64,000 nucleotides of DNA from the NCBI GenBank assembly GCA_951406725.2, contig OX597815.1, positions 52,700,001-52,764,000 of the forward strand, in the 5' to 3' direction. The notes below the pieces were generated by a model. The model searched no databases and had not been told where the DNA came from. It was given only the letters and a program-made list of their open reading frames with translations. Below, in pieces: positions 15,009 to 31,393 of this stretch. Source of the stretch: Octopus vulgaris. Taxonomy: Eukaryota. Both the position numbers and the translations under genes were made by a program. The number at the start of each line of letters is the position of its first letter. Within the stretch, counting starts at the first letter, position 1.

Positions 15009-15407
15009 TGGGCTTAGGTCAGACAAAAGTACAGCGTTGTTAATTGAACATCGAACAAATCGATCCCAGTACTTAAAATCAGGTATTTCTCTCAGTCTCC
15101 TTGGCTGAACTGTAGTTTGCATCGAGCCTCATACGGTTACGCGGTGTTGATAAGTCACAATAAGGACAAAACATTAATCTCCATCGCCCCTGAATGAGAC
15201 CTGGTGTGAGTTATCTCGCTTGTCTATGACTTCCAGGTGTTTTAATACCAGGCACGTTGATAAGAACACATTATCTTACGCCTATAAGCGCAGCCTGCCT
15301 ACGAACTAACAAAACACATACCTTGTGTTTGTGTGTTCGATATAATATATATATATATAATGAATGTATACGTGTGTATGTGTATATACTATATATGAAT
15401 ATATATT

Positions 15408-15465
<58 letters not shown>

Positions 15466-15472
15466 GTATGTG

Positions 15473-15508
<36 letters not shown>

Positions 15509-15614
15509 TATATTAGAAAAAATGAGGTAATCAGATCAGATGGTTCATATTTGTAGATATTTATTTATATATTACATTTTTTACATATATATCATATCAT
15601 TCAGATCATATCAT

Positions 15615-15659
15615 TCGGATTAGCGCTTTCTCCCAATCTAGTGGGCTCTTCAAATCAAA
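15615..15659 (-). ncRNA. Degenerate hammerhead motif in a probable PLE 3' end
   Basis: Minus strand: tttgat-TTGAAGA-gccca ctagat tggga-GAAAG-cg-CTA-atccga; lies ~100 bp from a (TA)n array. Confidence 0.5.
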
Positions 15660-15761
15660 TCAATTGTGGGGAGTTTGAACATTTTATAGTTTCGTAGTAG
15701 TACAAGACAGTACAAGAGGGTGAGGAGGAAGTGAAACAGAGAAAACATGTGTGCATGTGTA

Positions 15762-15816
<55 letters not shown>

Positions 15817-16020
15817 ATATCTGAGAGGGAAGAAGTGTTATTTTCGTTGGTCTACTGGACCTCCTGTGGTTTTATAAGAACTTTGGCACTGTCCATTTTG
15901 ATGTCACTGAGTGTGTGTTGTGCGTAGGTTGGCCTGACAAATGTCATTTGGGGTCACACTTTCTATGATCATTTTGTGGAGGTGTGTGTGTGTGTGTCTC
16001 TCTGTGTGTCCGTGTGTGTT

Positions 16021-16053
<33 letters not shown>

Positions 16054-16882
16054 CTGTGTGTTTGGAGAAGAGGAGAGAGACAAAAAGAGAAAAGGGAAAA
16101 TAAAAAAAAAAAAAAAAAAAAAAATAAAAATAAAAAATAAAAAATAAAAAATAATATAAAAAAATATAAAAAATAAAAAATATAAAAAATAAATAAAAAT
16201 AAAAATAAGGGAGGAAGTGGAGAAGAAAAAAATATTTTTGTGTGTTGATATTTATACCAATACATATATATACACACAGACTTATACATAAAATATTTGA
16301 AAAAAACCTTTTTATCGGTTCAAAATGAACAACCAAATTATACCATCTTGAAAATTGTATATCATAGGAAAGTTAAAATTAAAGTGACAATTAAAAGGTA
16401 AAGATGGAAGTGAATTATAAAGATAATAATATAATATGATGTATATAACAGGCAATACACATATCTATACACACACAGATATATATATATATATATACAT
16501 ATACACACACAGACATATACTAAATGTTCTACTATATTAGATTGTAAATCGAAAGATGCGTCCTTCAATGTCACTATATATATATATATACATGCTTACA
16601 CATGAAATATTAGGGAAAAATCCACCTTCTAACGAATCAAAATGAACAATCAAGTTACACCATCTTGAAAATTGCATATCATAGGAATGACAATTGGCAA
16701 GTAAAGATCAAGTAAATTGCAAAAACAATATAATGTATGTAACAGGTAATATATACATACACACACCTATATATATACACATACACACATATATTAAATG
16801 TTCCACTGTATCATATTGTAAATCTAAAAAAAATTTTTTTTTTTTATACATATATATATGTTCACAAGGATGAATGTATGTG

Positions 16883-16928
<46 letters not shown>

Positions 16929-17367
16929 CACAAGGATGAATGTATGTGTATGTATATATATATATATATTTTTTCACACATATGCGCAGGCGTATATTTT
17001 TACAAAGATATGTAATGTAAATAGGTTGTAAAAGTTTCCATTGTTGATACTTTCTAAATCTAACCATGTATTGAAGCACTATTGCATGTTAAAGAACTAT
17101 TTATATAGTGAAGACTTTGAATCGCTGTTTAAAGAGAATCAGTTACCATTCAAACAGATATGTTATCAAGAAAATTTCAGCTATGTTAAAGCAATGAGTA
17201 GCAAATGGATTTCTCTGTTATCAGTTATTCGTCGCGTGGTTTATTTCTTTGGGATAACTTATGGTTGTTCTTTGATATATGTGATTGGAAATTACCAGTA
17301 TCAGAGATATGCATTCAAAGATGCTTGGAATATTATTATAATCTTTAGTTCTTTTATCATACCATAC

Positions 17368-19570
17368 TCAGGGCTGCTAAATTTGGTCCATTCTTATTTT
17401 TAGTTCAAATTTTGTGTTAAAATCGTGAATTTGTGCCCCAAAGCTTCTAAATTATATTTTTGTTTCGCGCTCATTTTTTAACGAAGACCTTTCCTACACA
17501 CAGTACATATTCATCCATACCTTTTCAGTTTATAATGTGTAGTAAAATAGAAAAATGAAGATTGAGTAATGTGATGCAAGCATGTAATATATTTCTCTGG
17601 CTCACGAGGCCACACTAGCTTTAGTTGTAATCTAACATTATTCATGTGGGCGGCGTTGCTTGCTTAACTATTTTGTGAAAGTTTTGTGATTTCAAGTAAT
17701 TTCTTATTGTTGTGAGTGAGCAGAAAAAATATGGGCAGTTGTTTAGATAGTAATGACATTAATGAAGATAATATTCTAAATAAAATGAAGCAAAAGTTCT
17801 CAACTGAATGACAAGTGCAATCTACGGTGTAGAAATGGAAATTTTTTTCTCTGGCATTTTGTCAGTAAATACAACTCGTGTAAAATTCTTTGCAAATTAC
17901 ACAATTGGGAACGCACTAGAAGTCAAATTGAATAATATGAAAAGGTTACAAGACACATTTCAAAAGTAACTGATGTTATGAAACATAGCCAATTCTCTCG
18001 TTATATGTACTCAGCGCAGAAGGTATTTTCTGTGTTTAAACTCTGTGGGTTTATTGCAGAACATGGTTTACCAATTACTCTTCTAGAACCGAGCTTCATT
18101 GCCAACTTTTGTATAGATCAGAGAATAGAATATAATGTTAAGTGTACTAGAATCAACGGAACCTACAGTTTTGTCATGTTATTGCTAAGTTGAAGATGAC
18201 AAACGTTTCTTTTATTATTGAGTTGTACGTAACAGGCATTTCTACTCTAATGCAAACTGTACTGATAGCTATATATTATACTTTTAATCTTCAAAGAACA
18301 ACGGATTAATATCTAATACTTTTGGAATAAATACACAACTATATTGGAATCTACAAAAGCCTTTTCAAAACAATAATGAAATCACTTTTAAAAATGCAGC
18401 AAGATTTGACAGCGATAACACTAGTTTTTGATGGGGAATATATGTACACGGTTCAAAATCTCTTAGAGCGGGAAAAGGAATCTTCGTATCTTCATAAAAC
18501 CTTTGGCTTTACATTTGATGCATTTGTGGGATTCTGAATCTTGCAGTAAATTTTCACGTTATTTAGCAATAAAATCCAAAATTTACAGTCTTTTCTAATG
18601 CATGTGAAACCTCTTCAAACATCGAAGAATATTCACAACACTGCAACATGATCCCACGAGTACTTTCCGTCCAACTCAGTCCACAGAAACAATAAGCGAA
18701 CTCACAAAAATAGTAGCAACGCAAATGATGTAAGCTAGAAATATATCTGAGCAACAGTCTTAAGGTCATAAAGGATAATAAAATGTTTTTAAATAGTTGA
18801 TATGTATTATGGCGGCACTGCAAAAAAATATTTTTCTGGATAATTCAATAAAACGTTTCTCCGAACAAAATCAACTTGCAGAATTTCGAGTAATTATTAA
18901 AACTTTTGTTATGTTTACCTTTCAAAGCATAAGTACCGACGCTTTTCATTTTGTAAATTGTTTTGCAAAGTTAGGATTGCTTGAGGCGTACCTTCCGAAA
19001 ATACTATTCCATTAAATACAAAAATTTCAAGATTGTCTACGGACAACATTATGAAGAAATTAATACCGAATTGAGAGAATTGTTATTGCAATATCAATTG
19101 CCAAGTGTAGAGAGAAATGCCTGATAGATTTTGGTTTAACATATTCTAAGAAACATGTGGCGACGAATATCGTTTCTTTTCATTCTGAAAATTTATGATT
19201 AGCACTCTTTCAATACTTCATTCCTCGGTAGCTACTGAAAGAGTTTTCTCCTTACTTAACAGTTTTAAAGTTAAAAACTTCTTGAAAATATCCATCCTTT
19301 ACGTGCGTTTGTGAAATTTAAATATTTACTCAGAGACATCAACTTGTGAAATTCATCACAATTGCTTCGTGATAGAATGAAGGAAAATTGCTATAATATA
19401 AGATGGCCATGCTAAAGTAATTTTTCAATAAAAAATGTTAAGTTAAATGTATTTTTCTCAGTTTAAGGTTTTTACATTGATATTTATTTATAATTTGGTA
19501 CACTTTTATATATTTTGGTACCTTTGGGCGCAAAGTATGGTTCAACCACAAAATTAACATTGGTACTCCG
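17368..19570 (+). mobile_element. Ancient hAT transposon remnant (not evident from the ORF track)
   Basis: Manual translation across frameshifts gives KLCGFIAEHGLP, KCTR, VSFIIE..TGIST..Q (cf. FSLIIDETTDIS..Q), FDSDNTS..MG and CICGILNLAVN (cf. CxxHxLNL). cagggctgc-type end at 17368 and diverged inverted subterminal sequence at ~17405-17460 versus ~19510-19560. Confidence 0.65.
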
Positions 19571-20199
19571 ATGTTAATTTCACATGCACAAGGAAACAAA
19601 TATAACTAAAATAGATCACGAACAAAAAAGAGGCACAATTTTGTTGCAGCAACAAATTCCACTATTTACAATCTTTTTTAATGCATGTTAAACCCCCTCA
19701 AAAAATCGAAGCATATCAACAACTCCACAGCACGATCCTACGAGCACTTTCAATTCCAGTCAGTCCACGGAAACAATAAACAAACACATAAAAATAGCAG
19801 CAATACAAATGATGTGAATAACTCCAAACACAATATCAGTGATTAATCCAGAAGGACAGAAATGATTATATTCCTATTGACTCCACCTTGAACTGCATCC
19901 ACTGCAGTCACCACTCGAACTTATAAAGACAAAGCAAGAGAGAAAGTCCAACATATCCAGACCGCAACATTGTATTCTGTGTAATAAACAGCATACGGCA
20001 TTTTAAATATACAGTGTCGCTCTCAACTAGGCAGACGTACGAAGCTTTTCGGACAATGACATAGAACAGAGCTAATTTGAGGCTACACAAGAGCAGCAGT
20101 AATAACGACAGCGACGACAACAACCATAACGACGATGACAACAGCAACTACAATAAAAACGACAACGTAAAAATAAGAGTTTAACATCTTCTTTGACTT

Positions 20200-21650
20200 C
20201 ATAGTCAGCAGTTTTCTTTTTTCAATGAGTTTGAAAAATACCATCTGAAAATTCCAAGTAAACTATTACAAAATCTTTTATCCACAAATATGTTTAGCAT
20301 TAAACTATTTGAAATAGCACTCCTATGTGGAAAACAATTGAAACAGAACAAATATTTGCATAATTTATTCAAGAACTATTAGGATGTCTAAATAATTCAT
20401 GCTAGTGAAGTTTGTTATGATAAATCAGATCATTGGTTAAAGTCTGCCACTTATAAAACACAAAATGGATGAAGATTTGTGACAGTTTAAATAGATAAAC
20501 TGTTTCTTTCAGTTATTTTAATGAAATTGCGTATTTCATTTACTTTTTTCTTTTGTTAAAAGGAATGATTTATAAAACATCAAGAGTAATTATAATGAAT
20601 ATTCATTATTTTTGGCAACCTAAAAATAATTTCACTTGCGAAAAAACCAAACTGAAAAACAAAATAAACAACACTTCAAAATTAGCTGTACAATAGGAGT
20701 ACAAAATTATGAAATGTACATTTTGAAATATTTTGAGAGAAAGTGGTTCAATGAAAACAATGTTATAATTAATAACGCTACAATGAAATGTTAAGGGATG
20801 GAAGTTCTTTATGAATACATTAAGCAACATAAATAAAATATTAAAAATAGAATAGTAATATCTATACACAAAGTTACTACTATGTAAGAGAGAACTATTT
20901 CGATGTAGTCCAACCCGTTACTTAATCGATCCTTATTTTATAAGACCCTAGAAAATGAAAGGTAAAAGGACATAACTCGGTATCATTTATAGGTATTTGC
21001 AGTTCCTGCAACGGGCAATACCATTTAAAAATTCTCTCTTTTATCATCTGCGTCAACATCGTAAATAATTTAAAGGAAATGTTTCAAAGCATTATCTTCC
21101 AAGGCTCATTATTTATTTGAATCAAGTGTTTTCGTCCTTTGTTTTCTATATTACTTGCTGTTGACTCAGCTTTTGTGACTGCCGATAAAAAAGGTTCGAA
21201 TAGCAGAAAGTTTATGAAAACTAATTCACTTCAGTTTGTTTAAAGTCTTTCAAAGTATATTTCAAAATATTAAGATACATTCAATCTACCTCAGCTATTT
21301 GTGCGAACAGTTATATATTGCACTTACTGATAAACCGTGGACAATCAATCAAAGATACCAAATCATTAATAGTTTGTCAAAACCAGAGATCTTCTACTAG
21401 AAGCTATTCTCAAGATCCGTTGGAATAGTTTTTTGTCCATGAGATGACAGGCTTTCATGGTATAAAAACTTAACCAAACTCACAAATTTCATTACAATTT
21501 TCAACCGGCTATTACCTCACCCCATCATTTGAAGAGCTTGTGACGGCAACTTCACTTTTTCCTCTAACAACTATATCTGAGCTCATTTATTTTAGCAAGT
21601 TAACTGTATTGGATTTCTTGCCATAAACATAATATTATTTAACGATTTCT
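20200..21650 (-). mobile_element. Possible very old hAT-like transposase remnant
   Basis: Only weak motif echoes (EDLWF*QTINDLVSLID; TWNFQMVFFKLIEKRKLLT); no intact ORF. Confidence 0.25.
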
Positions 21651-21997
21651 TATGAAGCCATAATGATAACACCCGAAGTGAAAAAGAAAAGAAAACTGGG
21701 TGTCAAAGAGATAGTCACTGATCTCGGTTAATTTTGGTGCATTTCCTTTTTACTTTCTCCAAGTATATAATTTTAATTTATTTTCTCATTTCACCGTGTA
21801 ACAGAGTGCGGTTAGACAAAAATGTATCATCAGAGTCTACATACAGGGGCAGATGAAATTTTGAACAGATAAAATTGAGACATAAGACATAAGAATATAT
21901 ATCTATATATATTCCTATGTCTTATATGTCTCCAATATATATATATATTTATATACATATGTTTGTATATATATGTATATATATGTATATGTTTATA

Positions 21998-22065
<68 letters not shown>

Positions 22066-22489
22066 TTGGACAATTATTTAAAGCGGGTATATTATAACGA
22101 TAGAAAAAGCATTTTATCTGTTTTCTCATGGGTTTGCTGTTTGTCAGCTAAAGCCAAGAATGTTAGGACCCAATGACATTATAATAACCTATATCAACTA
22201 ATCAGTCATCAATGACACTACAGAAATTCTCTTCGGTAAGTTAAATGAAATTAAAACAGATACTATGGATGTAATAGACATGTATCATGGCAGCTTAAGA
22301 GGAAATGAATAGCAATGCTCACTATTTGAAACACATACACACATAAAACCAAATACACACATACACGCGCGTGCGCACACACACACAGAGAATTCTTTAA
22401 CAAAAATAACATTAACAGTAACTTATTGTCAAAGAATAATTTGTACTCTAGAAATGTGTTTTTATTACAACCAAAGATAAAAGCAAACA

Positions 22490-22542
<53 letters not shown>

Positions 22543-22547
22543 TATTA

Positions 22548-24558
<2,011 letters not shown>

Positions 24559-24560
<2 letters not shown>

Positions 24561-27193
24561 ATGTTTGACTTTTGCTTTACATTTGTACAAGTTGGCTCCA
24601 AGTCTCACCCAGAGACCTCAAGAGACAAATGGTTGGAAGTTCATGTTGTTGTTATGCCTAATGTGCCATATATTTGGTTTTGTATTTAGTGTTGTACTAG
24701 TGAATGTTTAAAAAACATACGAAAATTATGTTTGTTTTAAAACTTGAGATTACATAGAAAGTATTTTGCATAGCATATGAGCAGTTCCCATGAGCACTAT
24801 CTTTCGAATTTCTGCCATTTTGGTGTTTCCTAGTATCTGAGTTAGGTAGCAATCAGCCCATTTTGCTATCATTCCCAGGGCACCTATGACAACAGGTATT
24901 GTTTTAGTCTTCAGGTTCCACATTTTGCTGATTTCTATTTCCAGATCTTTATATTTGCTCAGTTTTTGGTAGGTCTTGACAGATACGTTTATATCGATTG
25001 GGACAGTCATATCAATGAGGAGGCATGTTCTTTGTCTGAAGTCTTTCAATATGATATCTGGCCTATTTGCATCTATCTTTCTGTTAGTTTGAATGGTGAA
25101 GTTCCAGAGGTGTGAGATGTGGTCATTTTCAAGCACTGGAGGTGGTTTGTGTTCTCACCAGTTTTTTTCATGGAGTAAATCCTGGTTTTTGCAAATTACC
25201 CAGTGAATATATTCTGCAGCTCTATCATGCCTGTTGAGATATTCTGTAGGCGCTAGAAGACTGCACTTGGAGACAACATGATCAATGGTTTCATTTTGTG
25301 GTTGACATACACGACATGTTGGGCTACTGCCGTTCTTTAATATGTTGGCCTGGTAGTTCCTTGGTAGGCATTGATCATAAGCTGCTATGATAAACCCTTC
25401 TGTTTCAGATTTTAAGCCAGATGCCATTAGCCATTGATGGGTCAGGGCTTTGTCAACATCTGCACTATTAGCTCTCTTTGGCTATTTGCCATAGAGAGTT
25501 TTTTCTTGACATTTATTATTCAGAATATCTAAGGCAGCAGTTTTAGCACGGGTTTTCATGCGCTTAGCTTCTTCTGTGCTTGTTTCTTGTATGTCTAATT
25601 CCGAAATTTGTTGTATTCGGTATTCACTTAGATATTCCTTTGCCTGTTTTGTTACTGAATATGATGCTTTCTTGTTTTCATGTTTTGAGACAAGTTTTAA
25701 CATCCAGTCATCAGAGTTTTTTAGGTAGGTTTCTAGGCCAATTGTAGCAATCTTCATTGTTATTGCCAGTTGTAAAAGTCCACGGCCTCCCTCTGTTCTT
25801 GGCAGATAAAGTCGTTCTATATCTGCCTTAGGGTGGTGCATTCTATGCATTGTCAACAGTTTTCGTATTTTTCTGTCAAGATTACATAATTCAGTAATTG
25901 ACCAATTAACGATATTGAAACTGTAAGTCACGACTGGTATGACTAAAGCATTGGTCGCTTCGATCCTGTTTCTCGCATTCAGCTCTGTCTCGAGTATTGC
26001 TCTTACTCTGCGATAACTTTCTCTCCTGATCCTTTCCCTCGTCACTGAATGCCTTATTCCGTCCCCTTCAATTACCCCTAGGTACTTGTAGCTCTCCGCT
26101 GGGTCTAACTCATTTATGACATGCTGCTGGTCAAGGTTAACGTTAGATGTTTCTGTTATTTTTCCTTTGATAAAAGTAGCTTTTGCACATTTATCGAGGC
26201 CAAATTGCATTCTGATGTCATCACTGAATTGTTTAACAATCGCTAGTAAGCCCATGAGTTGTTGGTCATTTTTTGCAAAGAGCTTTAAATCATCTATATA
26301 AATGAGATGATTTATATTTTTATCAAACATTTTATATCCGTACTGCGCGTCATTGGGCAATTTTGAGAGAGGTGTTAAGGCTAAACATAAGAGGAGTGGT
26401 GATAGTGAGTCACTCTGGAAAATGCCACATGAAATTTTTATATTACTAGGATTTAGAGATTCATTGTCACTGTTCAAAGTTAGTGTGGGTCTCCATGATC
26501 TCATACTTACAGTCAAAAAGTTTTGCAGAGTAGGTGCTATTTTATACATTTCCAGGCATTTCTTAATCCAGCTATGTGGTAGGCTATCAAAAGCCTTTTT
26601 TACTGTCAACGACAAGTTTTTGTGTCGTTTGTGACAATCTTCTAAGATCATCTTATTGATGAGTAGCTGATCCTTACAACCATAGGATCCACGTTTACAT
26701 CCTTTCTGTTCATTAGGGAATATGCTGCTGTCTGTTAAAAGACTACAGGTATATTCCGTCAGGACAGGTGTTAGCGTTTTATACATAGTTGTTAAGCAGG
26801 TTATGGGTCTATAGTTTTTTGGTTCATTTGTTTCTTCACTTTTTGGAAGCAGGAATGTTAACCCATTAACTAGCCAAGGAGGCATCCTACTAGGGTGTTG
26901 CAAAACATCATTGTAAAATTCTGGAGACTTCCATTTGCTTGACCTCAGAGAGCAGATCTTATATCTTCTATCTTGACACCCGCCCACTTTTGCTCTTCTA
27001 AGGAGTCCAGTTCTGTAAATATTCTATCAATCCAAGGGGCCTTTTCGTTGTGTGTTTTTCTTCTGCCCAAATTTTATTCCAACATCCCTGCACTTCTTTT
27101 GATAGTACAGACTTTACAGTAACTGGTGTTTTCCCTATCTTCCTGTGAACATTTTTGGTTTTTTTTTTAACATGTTGTTGTCCTTGAAGAATC
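24559..27193 (-). mobile_element. 5'-truncated R4/Dong-type REL retrotransposon, the best-preserved copy
   Basis: RT ORF 25482-26987 (YRPITCL, GIFQSDSLSPLL, HLIYIDDLKL); zinc knuckle CRVCQPQNETIDHVVSKC plus RHD at 25155-25427; REL nuclease RPDII..LIDMTVP..KLSKYKDL..PVVIGALG at 24750-25136; (ATT)n on both sides. Confidence 0.92.
25482..26987 (-). pseudogene. Reverse transcriptase segment of the Dong-type element (disrupted ORF)
   Basis: A 501-aa open stretch with RT motifs; the downstream knuckle and REL domains are separated by stops or frameshifts. Confidence 0.88.
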
Positions 27194-27202
27194 TATTATT
27201 AC

Positions 27203-27272
<70 letters not shown>

Positions 27273-27281
27273 ATAATAATA

Positions 27282-27353
<72 letters not shown>

Positions 27354-27719
27354 GTTGTTGTTGTTGTTGTTGTTGAAGTCTCTCTGAAAATATAGCTATG
27401 ATTCTCCCCACACTACCCCTGCTCGTGATCAGAGATGAATATAACATCAGTCCCCAAGGGACTGGTTAAGGTCAAGCAACTGGCAAGCAAATCTGCAGTA
27501 TTAAGAAGAATATTTATTAGCTGTAGCCCATCTTTTACATCAAGACAAAACCTATACATGATAACACTTCCAATCATTTAAAGTAAGAAGCCCCTTTACT
27601 TGTCGGGACAAATTCAGCACCCTGGGCAAACTGAAAGTTAAGTGATGTTGAAATATAACTGAAAGCTTGAGCAGGGAAGTAGGGAGAGCAGCACTGAAAT
27701 ACATTGATATATAATACAT

Positions 27720-30710
27720 CATAAACATATAAATTGATAGGGTCTTTCTAAGGATGTGGTCGGTACTTGTCTACACAACCTTTTAGGTTACTTTAAGATA
27801 TGAGTCTCCTGGGATGTTGTCTAGATGTTTCTGCCATTTCTTTTTTATCATACCGAGGCCCCCTACAAAACAGGAACAGTTTTTACTTTTAGATGCCACA
27901 TATATTGAATTTCAATTTCCAGGTCCTTATAAGCTTGTCAAATTCTTTTACAGATACATTTCTATCAGTGGGGACACTTACATCTACAAGTACTTTTTTC
28001 CCTGTGCTTAATAATTATGTCTGGCCAATTATCCTGGATTGTTCTGTCAGTGTTCACTGAAAAATCCCAGAGTATGGTGACATTTTTACTGTCAACGACT
28101 GGCCCAAGTTGATGTTCTTACTGGTTAGCTAGAGTGTCAATTTTTTAGTCCTTATATATTTTCCAATGTAAATACTGTTCTACCAGTCGAGACGACTTTT
28201 ATGTTCGTTTGGTGTTAGCAAAGGAGAGTCTGGAACGAGATGGTCTTTTGTTTTATCAAATGTGTTGCAGAATCTGCATTTTGAGCTAGCACCGTTTTAA
28301 GAACATTAACTTGATAATTCTGGTAAACAAGCTTTAATCTTGTGCAGCTAGTATGAAGCCTTCAGTCTCCACTTTCAATCCTGAAATTCCCAGCTTTTGA
28401 TGGGTTGTTGCTAAGTCTACATCAGCATTTTGATTTCGAAGAATATACTGTCTATGCAAGGACCGATCCTCAATTATGTCTATTCTTTTGAGCAGTCTTC
28501 TTGATTTTATTTGCTTGTTTGATAGCAGCGGATTTATAAGATTCTTTGACAATAGAATGCTATTGTTGTTGCTTTCATTTTCGTACGCAAGCTGCAGCAT
28601 CCAGATAAGTACATTCTTATAGTGGAGGTTTTATAGCAGAGTTCTAGTTGCATCATTCCACTCTTTCTCCACTAGTGCTTTTTGGTAATAACAGACAGTC
28701 AACGTCTTGCCTTGGAGTGATGCATATTATTAGATGTCAATAGTTTTCTTGTCTTCCTGTCTATCCGTTAGAATTCTGTTGGATTCCAGTTAATGATATT
28801 AAGACCGTAGTAGACAACTGGAATTGCTAGTGTTATTGATTTCGATGCGATCTTTAGAGTTAAGTCCTGTTATCAGTACAAGGTTTATTCTCCTATAGTA
28901 TTCTTTTCTTTTTTCTTTCATACTGACATGAATTGTGCCATCCCCTTCGTTTATTCTCAGGTATTTATAAGTTTATTGTGAGTCAAGTTCCTTGATGGTT
29001 TTGTCGATATCTAATTTAACAGAATCTGCTTGTCTGAGATTGCTTCTTACAAAAGTTGCTTTAGCATACGTATCAAGGACTAAATTCCAATTTCGTTGTT
29101 AAACTCTTTAACAGTTTTTAGTAGCCCTTCTGGTTCTCGGTCCTTATTTGCAAACAGCTTCAGATCATCCAAGTAAAAAAAAAAAGATGGTTTATTATAT
29201 TGTTAAGAATTTCGTACCCATATCCGCTGTTATTCAGTTCATTTGAGAGTGGAATTAGTCATGCAAAATGTCAAAGAGAGAGAGAGAGCCACCATGAAAG
29301 ATACCTCGTTTGATGTTGATGCTGCTGGATTGGCTCATTACACTACTATGTTTTAGAAAGAGACATGTGTTCCATTTAGTCATGCTATTTTGTAAGAATT
29401 TGGAGATGGTAAGAAGGATCTTATATATCTCAAGGGCCTTGAGTTTATTTTGGAACTGATCAAATGATTTTCTGTAGTCTATCCATGTCATATTTAAGTT
29501 TTTGTTTTTGATCTGGCAATTTTCTAAAATCATTCTATTAATGAGCAATTGGTCTTTGCACCTAAAGAAATTTCTTTTACGGTCCTTTTAAGCTTGTGGA
29601 AGGACAGGGTTCTGTTCAAGGAAAGCGTACATTCTTCCGATTATTATAGATTTTACATCTATAATATCTTTAATGCTATATTTTGTTTGATTTTTTTTAG
29701 CTTTTCTTGTTTTCATATTTATTACTCCAGCAATTTCATCGAGAATCGATACATCCGCCCGCAGAGATTCAATTTCTTAGATTTCTGCTTTTCATTTAAA
29801 AGGTTTATTTACATGCCAGGTCATTTTCTTTGTAATCTTAATACCTAGTTGAGCAGTTACTACCTTATTAAATTATTTAAGGTCGTTAGGCCATTTCCCT
29901 TATTTCTTAAGACCAGTCTTTCAGCAACAACAGCAACGTTATAGATCAAACTGTTGTTGTTGTTCTTTGTGCCGTTTGTAAATTTGATAGCGGTTCTCTA
30001 ATATAACTTCTTTTGCTTCTGTAATCTTTCCTCTCTTATTCCCCTCAAATTCCGCGTCATTTCTATTTTGGTGTTCTTGAGGTAGGTCTATGTTTTCCTC
30101 TTTTTCTACATTTATTTTCTTCGCTAATTTTGTTCAGTGTCATAGTTACTGAGATTTACTGCTCTTACAATTGGTTTTGTGGTTCTGTAAACCTATTTCA
30201 TCTACATGGCTGTTGTTTTCATTTAGCTCACCATGAAATATTTGTTTCCTGATGTGGTCAGTTTCAGCGTCACTTAGTCTTTTGTACTTAATGATATCTC
30301 TAAGTACATCACTTAACTTATTTGCATTTATATAGCTTCGTACTTCGTTGCCTGCTAAGATTCTCTAAAGAGTGTATGTTTGTACAAAGAGGTTATATTG
30401 GTGTTTAGTTGGCTGTATAAAAAGCTTTCAAGACATCTCCATAATACTCTCTAGTCCATTTCATGCGTTTGTTTTAGGTGGTGTCACTAGAGGTCTAGGG
30501 TAAGGATTATCCTGGTTCTGGTTACCTGGTAGATCGTCATTTTGAAAGTTTGTTCAAATAGCAGACTTTTTGACCCCAGTCTGGTTCCCCACTGGGTAAT
30601 GCGCCTGTTGTTGGCACGGGTGATGACCGATCCGGTACGAGTTTTGGCTTGCTTTTAAAACATTAGCGTTGACAATAGGAGACGGTTTGCCTGTTTAGAG
30701 TTAGCATTTT
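27720..30710 (-). mobile_element. Degenerate, internally deleted Dong-type element
   Basis: QLLINRMILENCQIKNKNLNMTWIDYRKSFD, GIFHGGSLS, GLKVETEGFILAAQD, RPDIII, ending ..HILRKTLSI. Confidence 0.8.
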
Positions 30711-31222
30711 AACAGAACACCACTTTCGAGTTCTTTCAATAGATGATATATTTTTCTAATCGTAATTGCATGTGGCCTATAGATCGAAGTCCACGAGTAG
30801 TTTTATTTTTTAAAAATTGTTTTGATAAATTCATCTCCGGGCATAACTGCTTAGTGATTATTTATTCCATATGGGTTCGTTCGTGGAAAATCATTTTGTT
30901 TTTGCATAGTTTCGCCTTGTAATACGTGTGTGTGGGTTTGTGTGCGTGTATGTGTGTGTATGCATGTTTGTGTGTTTGCGCGTGTGCGCGTGCATAAACA
31001 TTATTTATGTAGTTTATGAATATTAAAATGCACAAACAGATGTGTACATAATTTACGTACATAAAGTGTGTTTAGTGACTTTTCCTAGAGTTCCTGATGT
31101 AGGTTTCGATTTTTTGCACATTACATATTGAAATATAGGGCACAGAAGAAACTATATTTCATATAACAATAATCGTTCGGATTTTATGGATATTTGGCTT
31201 TAAAAGAACTATTCCAGTAGAT

Positions 31223-31290
<68 letters not shown>

Positions 31291-31296
31291 GATAAT

Positions 31297-31390
<94 letters not shown>

Positions 31391-31393
<3 letters not shown>

